Assembly (NCBI GenBank): GCA_019721075.1
Contig: JAHEAD010000002.1
Location: 26,949 to 90,948, forward strand
Direction of reading: 5' to 3'
Length of the DNA stretch: 64,000 nucleotides
Source: Candidatus Sysuiplasma jiujiangense
GTDB taxonomy: Archaea; Thermoplasmatota; Thermoplasmata; Sysuiplasmatales; Sysuiplasmataceae
Shown piece after piece: positions 47,610-58,695 of the stretch; position 1 is the stretch's first letter; each line of letters opens with the position of its first letter. Position numbers and translations under genes: made by a program. Under the pieces are notes generated by a model that was not told the origin of the DNA, ran no database searches, and worked only from the letters and a program-made list of their open reading frames with translations.

Positions 47610-49508
47610 ATGCAGCCATACACTGAGATTGACAGCAGAAACTTTGCGGCTAGAACGGGTGCATTCGTCACCGGGGGCAAGTCACTGAGGTTGCCCGCCG
47701 TTCTTTTTGCAGCCGTGCATGGGAAGGTATTCCCGCACGACGCCGAAGCACTGCTTGCGGCCGAACCTGCGGAAACTGATATTTTCACATTCATTTCGTC
47801 GCACAACAGCATGATTGACGGCGAATCGCAGTCACTTGTCTCTGACGGAATGGTGAGGCTTCCGAACTGCATACCGTTTTCGCCGGACCTGGAGGGAGTG
47901 GCCCCAGTGGCCGGCCATGCCGCCGGCGGAGAAGTATTCATGTCATCGGCCTCTCCAGCGGAAATGGCGCAGGAGCTTGAAGCCGGGAGGAGCATCTATG
48001 TCATTACCGCTGCACCCGAATTTTCAATACGCCCGGGCGTCCTTGCCGCTGCCGTAACAACAATGCGCAACCTGGTCGGATGGCGTCCGCTGATATACGC
48101 TCCGGGAATAGCCACGCCTGACAACCTGAAGCTCCTCTTCTACGCCGGCATAGACATTGTAGACTCCACACTCACCGACATGGAGTCCTTCCGCGGCAAC
48201 TCATTTGTCGGCGGCAGACTGCACAGGGGAGAACCATTCAGACAGGGGCTATGCCACTGTTCTGCCTGCGTCTCCCGGTCCGACAGCCCGATTTTCGAGC
48301 ACAACAGGCTGATGATGCTGGATGAGCTGAACAGGGCCAGAATTGCAATAAGGGAAGGAAGAATCCGTGAGGAGGTAGAAAAATGTTCCGCAGTCGGAGC
48401 CTGGAATACCGAATTTCTGCGGCACCTCGATATAGAGCATTTTGACTACTTTGAGCGTATGGCCGGGAACAACGGCAGGATTAGTGCAATTTCAGACATA
48501 TCGCTCAGGAGGGCGGATATCGCACGGTACACAAGGAGGATAATGAACGGCTACAGGCCTCCGGAAGCGATGAAGATCGCGGTTCTTGTTCCGTGCTCCA
48601 ACATCAAGCCATATCTGTATTCAAAGTCACACCGGCTCTTTTATGATGCAATTTCTCAGTCGCGCGCTGCGACATCCGTTCATCTGCTCACAGTCACTTC
48701 GCCGCTTGGCGTCGTTCCGGAGGAACTTGAGACTGTGTATCCTGCCGCTCACTATGACATACCGGTCACGGGAATGTGGTCTCCGGATGAGAAGAGCAGG
48801 TCGACAGAAATGCTGCTTCGGATACTGAGAAGGGGAAAGTACGAGATGGTAATCTCGCATCTGGAGGATGAAAGGGAGTTCGTAAATCAGGCGCTCTCCG
48901 AAGAGGGGATTGATTACACGGACACCTCGGGCGGGCAGACTAGAAGCAGGGCTGCACTGCAGAGGCTGGCATCGGCGTGCTGTGAAATGGATCATGCCGG
49001 GATCGGCTGGAAGGAGAGAAACAGCATCTTTGCGTCAGGCATACTGGCGTACCAGTTCGGCGAAGGGGGAAGGAGTCTCGCCGAGGGGGCGGATATCAGG
49101 GGAAGGTTTCCGCTACTGCGCATAATGAGAGGGAAGATACAGTTCGGAATGCTGACAGATGCGAGGGGCATCTTCTCTCTGACAATCGAGGGGGCGGAGC
49201 ATATCAGGGCGCATGTCAGGGATTACTGCATCGCAATGCGTGACTTCAGACTCAGGGGCAACCTGTTCAACGTGGGCGTGGAAAGGGCTGGCGATGCCAT
49301 AAGGCAGGGCGATGAAGTAATAGTGGAGAATGGCAATGAGGTGACAGGCGTAGGCGTGGCCAGAATGTCTTCCTGGGAAATGAACAGCGGCCTGAAGGGC
49401 GAAGCGGTCAGGATAAGACATTATTCAAGGGAAGAGGTGCAGATTACACAGGGGGACGGCTTTCGGTCTACTCCCCCTGATAGCAATTTAAATAACAACA
49501 TACAATGA
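47610..49508 (+). CDS. arcS: Archaeosine synthase subunit alpha (ArcS/TgtA2) with PUA domain
   Basis: Degenerate TGT barrel ([18 protein letters not shown]), [35 protein letters not shown]-terminal PUA. Confidence 0.85.
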   Translation: MQPYTEIDSRNFAARTGAFVTGGKSLRLPAVLFAAVHGKVFPHDAEALLAAEPAETDIFTFISSHNSMIDGESQSLVSDGMVRLPNCIPFSPDLEGVAPVAGHAAGGEVFMSSASPAEMAQELEAGRSIYVITAAPEFSIRPGVLAAAVTTMRNLVGWRPLIYAPGIATPDNLKLLFYAGIDIVDSTLTDMESFRGNSFVGGRLHRGEPFRQGLCHCSACVSRSDSPIFEHNRLMMLDELNRARIAIREGRIREEVEKCSAVGAWNTEFLRHLDIEHFDYFERMAGNNGRISAISDISLRRADIARYTRRIMNGYRPPEAMKIAVLVPCSNIKPYLYSKSHRLFYDAISQSRAATSVHLLTVTSPLGVVPEELETVYPAAHYDIPVTGMWSPDEKSRSTEMLLRILRRGKYEMVISHLEDEREFVNQALSEEGIDYTDTSGGQTRSRAALQRLASACCEMDHAGIGWKERNSIFASGILAYQFGEGGRSLAEGADIRGRFPLLRIMRGKIQFGMLTDARGIFSLTIEGAEHIRAHVRDYCIAMRDFRLRGNLFNVGVERAGDAIRQGDEVIVENGNEVTGVGVARMSSWEMNSGLKGEAVRIRHYSREEVQITQGDGFRSTPPDSNLNNNIQ

Positions 49509-49534
49509 CAATTGAAAGAATGAAAGGCGTTTCA

Positions 49535-50476
49535 ATGAAGGAAAAGAAACTTGAGGAAATCAACGGAATCGGGCCTGCCACCGCGGAAAAACTCAGGGAG
49601 GCAGGATACAGCGATCTCATGTCAATAGCGATTGAGTCTCCAAGGAACCTCGCGGAAATCTGCGAGATTGGCGAGTCTACAGCCGCCAAGATAATAAACG
49701 AGGCCAAGGAGGCTGTGGATATAGGCGGCTTTGAAACAGGAGACGAGATAATGGAGAGGAGGAGGAGCATAGGCCGCCTCACCACAGGCTCAAAGGCGCT
49801 TGACGAACTTATCGGCGGAGGCCTGGAAACCCAGGCGATAACCGAAATGTACGGAGAGTTCGGCAGCGGCAAGACACAGATATGCCATCAGGCAGCCGTG
49901 AATGTCGGACTGCCGCCTGAACGCGGTGGCCTGAATGGAGAGGCGCTTGTGATTGACACCGAGAACACATTCCGCCCCGAGAGGATCGCCCAGATGGCGA
50001 CCGCCATGGATCTCGATCCTGCAGAAACACTCAAGAAGATTCATGTGGCGAGAGCCTACAATTCTGCGCACCAGATGCTGCTTGTCGACAAGGCAGGAGA
50101 GCTCGCAAAGGAGAAACCAGTGAAGCTGCTTATTGTCGATTCTCTGACAGCGCACTTCCGGGCGGAGTATGTGGGCAGAGGCTCACTGGCGGAAAGGCAG
50201 CAGGCCCTGAACACGCATATGCACGCGCTGCTCAGATTTGGCGATCTCAATAATGCGGTAATCCTGTGTACCAACCAGGTTGCGGCTAAGCCCGATGCAT
50301 TCTTTGGTGATCCGACCAGACCCATCGGCGGTCACATAGTCGGCCATACAGCAACATACCGGATCTACCTGAGGAAGAGCAAGGCAGGCAAGAGAATAGC
50401 AAGACTTGTCGATTCCCCGAGTCTTCCTGAAGCCGAGTGCGTTATCACTGTCAGCGAGGAGGGAATCAGGGATTGA
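49535..50476 (+). CDS. radA: DNA repair and recombination protein RadA
   Basis: Hh[49 protein letters not shown]. Confidence 0.97.
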   Translation: MKEKKLEEINGIGPATAEKLREAGYSDLMSIAIESPRNLAEICEIGESTAAKIINEAKEAVDIGGFETGDEIMERRRSIGRLTTGSKALDELIGGGLETQAITEMYGEFGSGKTQICHQAAVNVGLPPERGGLNGEALVIDTENTFRPERIAQMATAMDLDPAETLKKIHVARAYNSAHQMLLVDKAGELAKEKPVKLLIVDSLTAHFRAEYVGRGSLAERQQALNTHMHALLRFGDLNNAVILCTNQVAAKPDAFFGDPTRPIGGHIVGHTATYRIYLRKSKAGKRIARLVDSPSLPEAECVITVSEEGIRD

Positions 50477-50495
50477 CCGGACGTGATGGTATACA

Positions 50496-51521
50496 TTGGC
50501 CGACACATCCCTGATCATAGAGCTTTCCCTCGAGCACAGCGAATTCCCGCTGGAGGAAGTGAGGGCCCTTTCGGCAATGCTGCACTGCACAATCAAATAC
50601 GAGAATGCAGCGGACGGAATCGCAGTGGTCGAGTGCAGGGATGAGAATGCTGCATCCTTTTTTTGCAGGCGGCTGGCTTTTGCACATTCGGTTTCCGTCC
50701 TGAAAGGGGCATACAGCAGCTGGAAGGATCTCCTCGGGAGCAGTCACTCCCTCCGTGAAACAGTTTCCGGCAGCAGGTTTCGCATTCGGGCTTCTACCAG
50801 GGTCGGGCACATGAAGGCGGAAACAAAGGAAATGGAAAGGGAACTGGGTAGGAGACTGTCGGAATACGGCAGTGTGGATCTCGAGGGTGCAGAAGTGGAA
50901 ATAAGGGTGTTCGCCCTCAGCAGCATGTTTTTCGCCGCCGTAATGCGGTGCAGGCCGGACAGAAAGTCACTCGACAGCAGAAAGGTTTCCGGAAGGCCTT
51001 TCTTTTCGCCCGTCTCCCTGCCGCCTAGATATGCGCTCGGACTCGTTAACCTTTGCGAAGTTTCAGAGGGGGAAAGAGTGCTGGATCCCTTCTGCGGTAC
51101 CGGAGGAATACTGATCGAGGCTGCAATGGCAGGCGCGTCAATTACGGGTTCTGACATAGACGGGAGAATGATCGGCGGAACCAGGAAAAACCTTGAAAAA
51201 TTCGGCATCCGCGGGCAATTCGAACTCTTCCGCTGCGACGTATCTGAGATAGCGGAGCTGGGAAAATTTGACGCTGTCCTGACAGATCCGCCGTATGGCA
51301 GATCCTCGTCAACTGGAGGGGAAGGCCTGAAACGTCTTTACAGCAGGGCTTTTGCCGCAATCGGGGAATCGCTTGTAGAGGGCGGGAGACTCGGCATCGT
51401 CGTCCCGGATGTCTCCCTGGTTCCACAAACAAAGGGACTGAAACTTCAGAAAGCCATCAGACAGAAGGTACACCGTTCGCTGACAAGGAATTTTCTCATA
51501 TTCAGGAAAGCAGGCGGCTGA
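50496..51521 (+). CDS. tRNA (guanine-10 N2)-methyltransferase Trm11/TrmG10
   Basis: THUMP-like N-terminal half, RPFFSPVSL, DPFCGTGGIL, TDPPYG, VHRSLTR. Confidence 0.85.
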   Translation: MADTSLIIELSLEHSEFPLEEVRALSAMLHCTIKYENAADGIAVVECRDENAASFFCRRLAFAHSVSVLKGAYSSWKDLLGSSHSLRETVSGSRFRIRASTRVGHMKAETKEMERELGRRLSEYGSVDLEGAEVEIRVFALSSMFFAAVMRCRPDRKSLDSRKVSGRPFFSPVSLPPRYALGLVNLCEVSEGERVLDPFCGTGGILIEAAMAGASITGSDIDGRMIGGTRKNLEKFGIRGQFELFRCDVSEIAELGKFDAVLTDPPYGRSSSTGGEGLKRLYSRAFAAIGESLVEGGRLGIVVPDVSLVPQTKGLKLQKAIRQKVHRSLTRNFLIFRKAGG

Positions 51522-51536
51522 AATGTGCGGCAAGTG

Positions 51537-53018
51537 TCATCCGGCGATGACACGTATGGTAAATGTCCTGGTTATGCCGCCGCTTTTGCCGAGTATTGTG
51601 ATGCTGTATGTTCCGGCAGGCACCTTCACGGTCTGCGGGTTCAGTTCAAATATCTTGACGGTGACATTGGCGGACTGCCCGATGGGCACGAGCACCTGAG
51701 CCGACGGTCCGAAACGTGTGCCGTTGACAGTGGAAATGCCGGGCGCAAACTGCGTCTCAAAATACGCATAGCCCGATGAATTCTGCGCTGCAGAGATGGA
51801 AATGTTCTCAGCCAGATTGCCCTGGTTTGTGAGCGTGATTATGAATGTCTCTGCCACTGTGCTGTTCACATTCACGGAGGTTGCAGTCGATGTCATCATG
51901 AAATTAGGGTTTGCAGGACTTGTTGTCACAGGGATCGGTGTAAATGAGATGAGGAACATGGCAGCGGCGACTGCTCCGAGCATCTTTCTGTTTATCCTGA
52001 GTTTTGATATGTCATTGAGCGGCGGAGGATGCCGGACGCCAAGGATCATGACAAACAGCGCAATGAGTATCCAGCTGGTGAAGTAGATAGACAGGACAAT
52101 CATTCCGGCAAGGGTCGCCCACGCAAGATATTTTGAATTGTCCCCCAGCAGGGCCCTTGCGACATGACCGCCATCAAGCTGCCCTGCAGGAAGCAGATTC
52201 AGTGCGGTGGCAAAGAAACCTACCCATGCCGCGAACGCAGTGGGGAAAATTATGTATGAACCGCTTGAAAATGGAAAAAGTGACATCATGACATTGTAGA
52301 GGTAAGGGGCCTTGAAGACAGGTGTCCCGGGCGTTATAATGACATGGACCAGATTGACCTGTGTGAGCATGAAGCCCGCAATTGCCACAGGAATTGAAAC
52401 GAGGAAACCGACAATAGGCCCTGCTATCCCCACCTCGAGCAACGCCTTCCTGCTCGGGAAAGGATCACGAATGGAGATGAAAGCGCCAAGCGTCCCCAGG
52501 GGAGGGATGGAGGGCAGGAAGAACGGCAGCGATGCGCTCACCTTGTATTTTCTCGCGACAACGAAATGTCCCATTTCATGGGAGCCAAGAATGAGCATGA
52601 GCGGGAATACAAAGAAAACAATGCCGTTCAGCACCGTCGACGGCGTGAAGAGCTGCGGAAGATGGTAATAATTGGACCATAGGATTGCACCTGTGATTGT
52701 TGTCGTGACAAGCGTGACTGCGAGCAGAATTATGTTTGCAACGTTTCCCTTCTTTCCGACAGGTTTCCGCTTCCATACGACTATGGAGTATTCTCCGCCC
52801 CTTTTCTGCAGGAACGGTATATAATTTTTCGGAACCATGGCGAGCCTTACTCCGTCGAATTTTTCCTCCAGTTCCGAAGGATTGCAGTTGACGAAGAAAG
52901 CAACTGCCTGATATGTGACCCTGATATCATAGATGTCGAAATATCTTGAAACGACTGACTTCAGTTCTTCAACTTCGGCGCCGAGAGATCCAGCTCGTCC
53001 GTACTGACCGTAGTCCAC
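51537..53018 (-). CDS. Site-2 protease (M50) with C-terminal extracellular Ig-like domain
   Basis: HEMGH, GIAGP, NLLPAGQLDGG. Thr/Asn-rich C-terminal beta domain. Confidence 0.9.
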   Translation of the reverse strand: MDYGQYGRAGSLGAEVEELKSVVSRYFDIYDIRVTYQAVAFFVNCNPSELEEKFDGVRLAMVPKNYIPFLQKRGGEYSIVVWKRKPVGKKGNVANIILLAVTLVTTTITGAILWSNYYHLPQLFTPSTVLNGIVFFVFPLMLILGSHEMGHFVVARKYKVSASLPFFLPSIPPLGTLGAFISIRDPFPSRKALLEVGIAGPIVGFLVSIPVAIAGFMLTQVNLVHVIITPGTPVFKAPYLYNVMMSLFPFSSGSYIIFPTAFAAWVGFFATALNLLPAGQLDGGHVARALLGDNSKYLAWATLAGMIVLSIYFTSWILIALFVMILGVRHPPPLNDISKLRINRKMLGAVAAAMFLISFTPIPVTTSPANPNFMMTSTATSVNVNSTVAETFIITLTNQGNLAENISISAAQNSSGYAYFETQFAPGISTVNGTRFGPSAQVLVPIGQSANVTVKIFELNPQTVKVPAGTYSITILGKSGGITRTFTIRVIAG

Positions 53019-53097
53019 GTAAAAAATTAAGCATGTTATGGTAATTAAGTATTATGTAGAAAACAGGCCTCCCCGGTTTTTACGGACTTCGGGCAAA

Positions 53098-53149
53098 ATC
53101 AGGGATCTGCATCAGGGATCTGCATCAGGGATCTGCATCAGGGATCTGC
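53098..53149 (+). repeat. Tandem repeat (ATCAGGGATCTGC) x4
   Basis: Four perfect 13-bp units at 53098, 53111, 53124 and 53137. Degenerate CAGGGAACTGC at 53161. Confidence 0.95.
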
Positions 53150-53520
53150 GATGCCTGTCGCAGGGAACTGCCCGCCATGCTCATCAGAGTGCCGTATTAC
53201 AGTGCTCAGGAACAATGACCCGAACCCGCGAATCTCGCCAGTGCTGGCATAAACAGCGCCGTTTGTTCTTTTCGGCGCAATCTGCAGGCAGCCGAGACGG
53301 GAAGCGGACGGAGATGCCGAATTGAAGTCCGGTGATGCACAGGCGTTCAGGCAATGTTTTCATTGAAGGTTCTGCTGCCTGACAAAACAAAAATGCGGTG
53401 CGTGCGGCTGCTCGCGAGGTGTTTGCACAGAAATCCGGATTCCTCCGGTACCTGCTTCCTGTAAAATTCGATGCTCTTAAATTCTAATAACAGTTGCCCG
53501 TTGAAAGTAAAGGTCGACAG

Positions 53521-54351
53521 ATGACTTCCATTTCCGACTTGCTTAAGCTCATGAGATACGGGAACTGCGTTATGTCCGCGGTTGCCGCAATACTCGGGGC
53601 GCTCGTGTCCTCGAAGACCATGTTCGCCAGCCATCTGCTTGATGCTGCGGCAGCAGGCGCAGTCGTATTCCTGTTTACCGGTGCCGGAAATACGCTGAAC
53701 GACTATCTTGATGCAACCATCGATGCAAATGCCCATCCCGGCAGACCGATCCCGTCGGGCAGAATAAGCAGGGAGAATGCACAGAGATTCTCCGTCCTTC
53801 TCTTCACATTTTCTGTGCTTATTTCACTTGTGATAAATATACCTGCTTTTCTGCTTGTTCTCTTTTCCCTGTTTATAATGATGCTGTATGAATTCAGGCT
53901 CAAAAAAACTGGCCTTGCGGGAAATCTGTCCATTTCATGGCTTACGGCATCACTGTTTCTGTTCGGCGCGCTGTCTGTAGGCGAAACACTTACAGTGTGG
54001 GCTCTGTTTGCAACTTCATTCATGGCGACGCTTGGAAGGGAGATCATCAAAGATATCCAGGACATTGATGCTGACAAGGGAATAAGGAAAACGCTCCCGA
54101 TGGAGATTGGGAGGGAGAACGCAGGGCGCGCAGCTTCCGCCGCCATCGCTTCCGCAATAATAGTAAGCCCGTTCCCTTACCTGCTTCACCAGTTCGGTCT
54201 CGGTTATCTTGCGGTGGTGCTTGCCGCGGATCTGATCTTCCTCGCTTCCATCATTCAGCGGCATCGGAACCCGGCGCGGTCCCAGTCCACGACCAAGGTT
54301 GCGATGTATGCCGCTCTTCTTGCATTCCTTGTAGGCGCACTGGGGGTATGA
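53521..54351 (+). CDS. Digeranylgeranylglyceryl phosphate synthase (UbiA family)
   Basis: NTLNDYLDATIDANAHPGRPIPSG, REIIKDIQDIDAD..RKTLP. Coupled to GGGPS. Confidence 0.9.
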   Translation: MTSISDLLKLMRYGNCVMSAVAAILGALVSSKTMFASHLLDAAAAGAVVFLFTGAGNTLNDYLDATIDANAHPGRPIPSGRISRENAQRFSVLLFTFSVLISLVINIPAFLLVLFSLFIMMLYEFRLKKTGLAGNLSISWLTASLFLFGALSVGETLTVWALFATSFMATLGREIIKDIQDIDADKGIRKTLPMEIGRENAGRAASAAIASAIIVSPFPYLLHQFGLGYLAVVLAADLIFLASIIQRHRNPARSQSTTKVAMYAALLAFLVGALGV

Positions 54352-55097
54352 AAACGGGAAAGGTGTCCGATTATATTTATCAGAAAGTCAAAAGCGGCCC
54401 GATACACATGACGCTGATAGACCCCGACAAGCAGAAACCTGAAGATGCCGGAGAGATCGCCTTCGAGGCGTTCAGGTGCGGCACCTCCGCCATAATGGTT
54501 GGCGGATCTACCGGGGTGGAGAGACATGGACTGGACGAAACGCTCAGGTGTATCAAGGCAAGAGTAAGCATTCCGCTGATCGGTTTCCCCTCCGGAGTCA
54601 GCGGACTGAGTCCTCTGCTGGATGCACTGTACTTCCTTTCGATGATGAATTCGATGCTGCCCCGCCACATAACCGGAGAGCAGGCTGCCGGCGCACTCCT
54701 AACGAAGAAATACGGCATCGAGCCGATTGGCATGGGTTACATAATAATCGAGCCGGGAATGAAGGTCGGGGAGGTGGGACATGCCGATCCCGTCCAGAGG
54801 AAGGACATAGGCAGGGCAGTCGGCTACGCCCTTGCGGCCGAGTATTTCGGCATGAAACTTGTCTATCTGGAGGCCGGGAGTGGAGCCCCCGTACACGTTC
54901 CTGCACGGATGATTGAAGCGGTGAAAAGGGAAATCGCCATACCGCTTGTTGTCGGCGGGGGGATAAGGAACTCGGCTGCCGCATCGGAGGTTGCAGGCGC
55001 AGGAGCGGATGTTGTTGTGACAGGTACCGTGGTGGAAAGCGAAAACGGACTGGAGACACTGGGCAGCATAATCCGATCGGTCATCAAAAGACAATGA
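54348..55097 (+). CDS. Geranylgeranylglyceryl phosphate synthase
   Basis: HMTLIDPDKQ, IMVGGS, YLEAGSGA, VGGGIR, VTGT. Confidence 0.93.
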   Translation: MKTGKVSDYIYQKVKSGPIHMTLIDPDKQKPEDAGEIAFEAFRCGTSAIMVGGSTGVERHGLDETLRCIKARVSIPLIGFPSGVSGLSPLLDALYFLSMMNSMLPRHITGEQAAGALLTKKYGIEPIGMGYIIIEPGMKVGEVGHADPVQRKDIGRAVGYALAAEYFGMKLVYLEAGSGAPVHVPARMIEAVKREIAIPLVVGGGIRNSAAASEVAGAGADVVVTGTVVESENGLETLGSIIRSVIKRQ

Positions 55098-55134
55098 ACA
55101 GCGTCGTTTCGGGCAGCGTTGAGGCAGTCGCTCC

Positions 55135-55722
55135 TCAGATTGCCAGAAATGCCCTGTGAACATCCGTCGAACCGGAAAGTTCCGGGTGGAAGGCAAGACC
55201 CAGGAGATTGTCCTCCCTGGCCATGACGATACTCCCCTCCAGTGATGACAGTTTGCGGCATTTTCCCCAGACTTCCACAATAGCAGGTGCCCTGATAAAT
55301 ACACCCCTGAATTGATCGGAAACACCGTCTATTTTGAGCACTGCCTCGAACGACTCCCTCTGTCTGCCGTAGAAGTTTCTGTCGACCTTCATGTCCATGA
55401 GGCCGAGAAGTCTGGTCTCTGTCTTTTCCACCTGTTCATCCCCCTTCTTTGCAAGCAGTATGCATCCCGCGCATGTTCCCATAACAGGCATTCCCTCCTG
55501 CGCACTTTTTACGATGATGCGGAATAGGCCTGACTTCTGGAGAAGTTTTGAAATTGTGGTGCTCTCACCGCCCGGTATGATCAGCCTGTCGACATCGGTC
55601 ATATCCTCGATCTTCCTGACGTTTGCCGCACTTCCGCTGATTCCGAGTTCACGCATCGCCTTTTCCGATGCACTTATGTGTTCACTGACGTCTCCCTGAA
55701 CCGCAACGACACCGACCTTCAT
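55135..55722 (-). CDS. pdxT: Pyridoxal 5'-phosphate synthase glutaminase subunit
   Basis: AVQGDVSEH, PGGESTT, GTCAG, RNFYGRQ, FIRAP, FHPEL. Confidence 0.96.
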   Translation of the reverse strand: MKVGVVAVQGDVSEHISASEKAMRELGISGSAANVRKIEDMTDVDRLIIPGGESTTISKLLQKSGLFRIIVKSAQEGMPVMGTCAGCILLAKKGDEQVEKTETRLLGLMDMKVDRNFYGRQRESFEAVLKIDGVSDQFRGVFIRAPAIVEVWGKCRKLSSLEGSIVMAREDNLLGLAFHPELSGSTDVHRAFLAI

Positions 55723-55842
55723 CGTACTGACTGAAAGAGAGGAGACTTATTGCCTTTATTGTCGCAATTGCTTTTTTCAGCAAAGAATTTCGATATCCCG
55801 GAAAGAGAAAATAATTAACCCCGCCGTTATGTCAGGACAGCC

Positions 55843-56295
55843 ATGAACCAGAACAGCGGAAGAGAGAGCTGTGTCTTCTGCCAGATAATTGACGGGAAGG
55901 CGCCAGGATACCGCGTCTATGAAGACGACAACATATTTGCTTGTCTGGACAAATTCCCCATCACCGCGGGGCATACGCTGGTCATGCCGAGGAAGCATGT
56001 TCCGACGCTCGTGGACCTTGACGAGCGCCTGACATCGGAAATGTTCAACCTCTGCAGGAAGATCGGCAGTTCATTCTATGCAATGAATTACAGCGGCGTC
56101 AACTATTTCGTCAACGAAGGAGCAGACGCTGGACAGGTGATATTTCATGTTCACTGCCATGTGATACCAAGGAATCATAACGACGGGCTGGATTTCAGAG
56201 TAAGGCGAAACAGGATGACGGACGGTGAAATGAGCCAGGCTGCAGACCGCATACGAGGTGGCATCGGCAAGGTAGATGCAACCGTGAGCGACTGA
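55843..56295 (+). CDS. HIT family nucleotide hydrolase
   Basis: CVFCQI, GHTLVMP, AGQVIFHVHCHVIPR. Confidence 0.93.
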   Translation: MNQNSGRESCVFCQIIDGKAPGYRVYEDDNIFACLDKFPITAGHTLVMPRKHVPTLVDLDERLTSEMFNLCRKIGSSFYAMNYSGVNYFVNEGADAGQVIFHVHCHVIPRNHNDGLDFRVRRNRMTDGEMSQAADRIRGGIGKVDATVSD

Positions 56296-56500
56296 CTTCA
56301 CCGCCACGTACCCATGAAGCGCCGGATAGCGCTGCCCGCACCGATATCAGGAATCAAATGCATTCAGTCAGGTTTAAATCACATGCGATTTATTCAAATT
56401 CGGGATCAGACAGAAAAGGCGAATTCCGGTTTCATACCGGTTGTGCCCGACACGCAACACCCCGGGCGGATTTGGACATCGGGCACATGCGAAAAGTTGA

Positions 56501-58693
56501 GTGATGCGCTTGAAGGATGTTTCATTGAAAGGAGTGGTGGAGTTCACAAACGAAAAACCGTTTGATATTCTCGGCATGCATGAGATCAGCACTTCTTTAA
56601 GTGAGATCAGATGCTACCTGCCGACATCAACGGAGGCGTGGGTGGAAGACAACGAAGGGAGAATAGTCACCAGACTGACTCGGCTAGAAGATACAGGAAT
56701 ATATTCTGCGACAATTGACAGCGGCAGTCTGCCGCAGAACTACCTGGTCTGTTACAGGGATGCCAGCGGTTATGTGGAAAGGAGACACGATCCATACAGC
56801 TTCAGGCCGCAACTGTCGGATTTCGACATATATCTCTTCAGGAAAGGAGAATTGCTGGAGTCGTACAACTCGTTCGGGGCGCATCCTCTGAATGCCGGCG
56901 GTATCGGCGGCGTGAGATTCGTCGTGTGGGCACCAAACGCAAAGGCTGTTTCGGTCGTCGGCAATTTCAACCACTGGACAGAAGGAATGCACCCCATGCA
57001 GAACGTCGCCGACTCCGGGATTTGGGAATTGTTCGTGCCTGATATCGGTGCCGGCGAACTGTATAAATTTGCAATCAGATCCAGCGCCGACGGCAATGTA
57101 AGGATTCGAACAGATCCTTACGCGTTCCAGACGGAAATGAGACCGAGGACCGCCGCCATTGTCGCCGATCTTTCGTTCGGCTGGTCAGACCACGACTGGA
57201 TTGGCAGGAGAAAGGGAGGGAATCGGAGGGAGGAAGCCGTTTCCATATATGAAATACATTTCGGATCGTGGAAAAAGCCTGCCGGAGACAATTTTTTCAA
57301 ATACAGGGAAATAGGAAAGGAAATGATAGCGTATGTGAAAGCTCTTGGCTTCACCCACATAGAATTGCTTCCGGTCATGGAGCATCCGCTGGATGCGTCC
57401 TGGGGGTACCAGGTCATAAACTATTATGCCCCAACCTCAAGGTACGGCGGACCCGGCGACCTGATGTGGTTTGTCAACGAATGTCATCTCAACGACATCG
57501 GTGTGATTCTCGACTGGGTTCCTGCCCATTTCCCGGATGACGAGTACGGCCTTTCGATGTACGACGGGACACATCTCTACGACCATATGGATCCGAGGAA
57601 GGGAAAGCATCCTGACTGGGGCACAAATATATTCAATTATGGAAGGAACGAGGTACGGAACTATCTCATATCAAATGCGCTCTACTGGGCAGACAAATAT
57701 CATGTGGACGGGTTGAGGATAGATGCTGTTTCATCAATGCTCTATCTTGATTATTCCAGAAAGGAGGGGGAGTGGCTGCCAAACAAGTACGGGGGAAGGG
57801 AAAATCTGGAGGCGATAGACTTCATCCGAACGCTCAACGGCACGATGCACGAACGTTTTCCGGGAGTGATGGTCATAGCTGAGGAGTCGACCGCCTGGGG
57901 CGGCGTTACGGGAAACACCGCGTACGGCGGACTTGGCTTTGACTTTAAGTGGAACATGGGCTGGATGCACGATACGCTGGAATATTTTTCAAAGGATGCT
58001 GTTCACAGGAAATACCATCAGAGGAATCTCACGTTCTCTGTCTGGTATGCATTCAGCGAGAGTTTTATACTCCCGCTTTCCCACGACGAGGTTGTCCACG
58101 GCAAGGGATCGATGATAGGCAAGATGCCCGGAGACTACTGGCAGAAGTTTGCAAATCTGAGGTTGTGCTATGCCTATATGTTCGGAAGCCCCGGCAAAAA
58201 ACTGCTCTTCATGGCAAATGAGTTCGGGCAGTGGCTTGAATGGAATGAAAATGTCCAGCTCGACTGGGCCCTCCTTGGTTTCGACATGCACCGAAAACTT
58301 TCCGTCTTTGTCAGCGACCTCAACAGGATGTACAGATCGTCGAGACAGCTTTTTGAACTCGACTGCAATTCCTCAGGATTTCAGTGGATCGATTTCAGCG
58401 ATTCCGACAACAGCGTGATTTCATTCATCAGGCACTCGAAAGACAGGAAAAACAGTCTTATTTTCATTTACAATATGACACCCGTGCCCCGGTATGACTA
58501 CAGGATAGGTGTTCCGTGGAAAGGGCATTACACCGAGCTGCTGAATTCTGATGCAGCCGAATACGGAGGCAGCGGAATGGGCAATTATGGAGGCACAGGC
58601 AGCGAGGAAGTTCCCATGCATGGGCACCGTCAGTCGCTCAGGATCGTCCTTCCGCCGCTGGCCGCAGAGGTGTTCAGGTACGAGGGGAAGTAA
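56501..58693 (+). CDS. glgB: 1,4-alpha-glucan branching enzyme (GH13)
   Basis: VWAPNA, IYEIHFGSW, SWGYQ, DWVPAHF, GLRIDAVSSM, IAEES, LSHDEVVHGKGS. Confidence 0.96.
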   Translation: MMRLKDVSLKGVVEFTNEKPFDILGMHEISTSLSEIRCYLPTSTEAWVEDNEGRIVTRLTRLEDTGIYSATIDSGSLPQNYLVCYRDASGYVERRHDPYSFRPQLSDFDIYLFRKGELLESYNSFGAHPLNAGGIGGVRFVVWAPNAKAVSVVGNFNHWTEGMHPMQNVADSGIWELFVPDIGAGELYKFAIRSSADGNVRIRTDPYAFQTEMRPRTAAIVADLSFGWSDHDWIGRRKGGNRREEAVSIYEIHFGSWKKPAGDNFFKYREIGKEMIAYVKALGFTHIELLPVMEHPLDASWGYQVINYYAPTSRYGGPGDLMWFVNECHLNDIGVILDWVPAHFPDDEYGLSMYDGTHLYDHMDPRKGKHPDWGTNIFNYGRNEVRNYLISNALYWADKYHVDGLRIDAVSSMLYLDYSRKEGEWLPNKYGGRENLEAIDFIRTLNGTMHERFPGVMVIAEESTAWGGVTGNTAYGGLGFDFKWNMGWMHDTLEYFSKDAVHRKYHQRNLTFSVWYAFSESFILPLSHDEVVHGKGSMIGKMPGDYWQKFANLRLCYAYMFGSPGKKLLFMANEFGQWLEWNENVQLDWALLGFDMHRKLSVFVSDLNRMYRSSRQLFELDCNSSGFQWIDFSDSDNSVISFIRHSKDRKNSLIFIYNMTPVPRYDYRIGVPWKGHYTELLNSDAAEYGGSGMGNYGGTGSEEVPMHGHRQSLRIVLPPLAAEVFRYEGK

Positions 58694-58695
58694 GC

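Noticed and set aside
53098-53149. Possible CRISPR array
   Set aside because: Units are 13 bp and directly adjacent with no spacers. No cas genes in the window.
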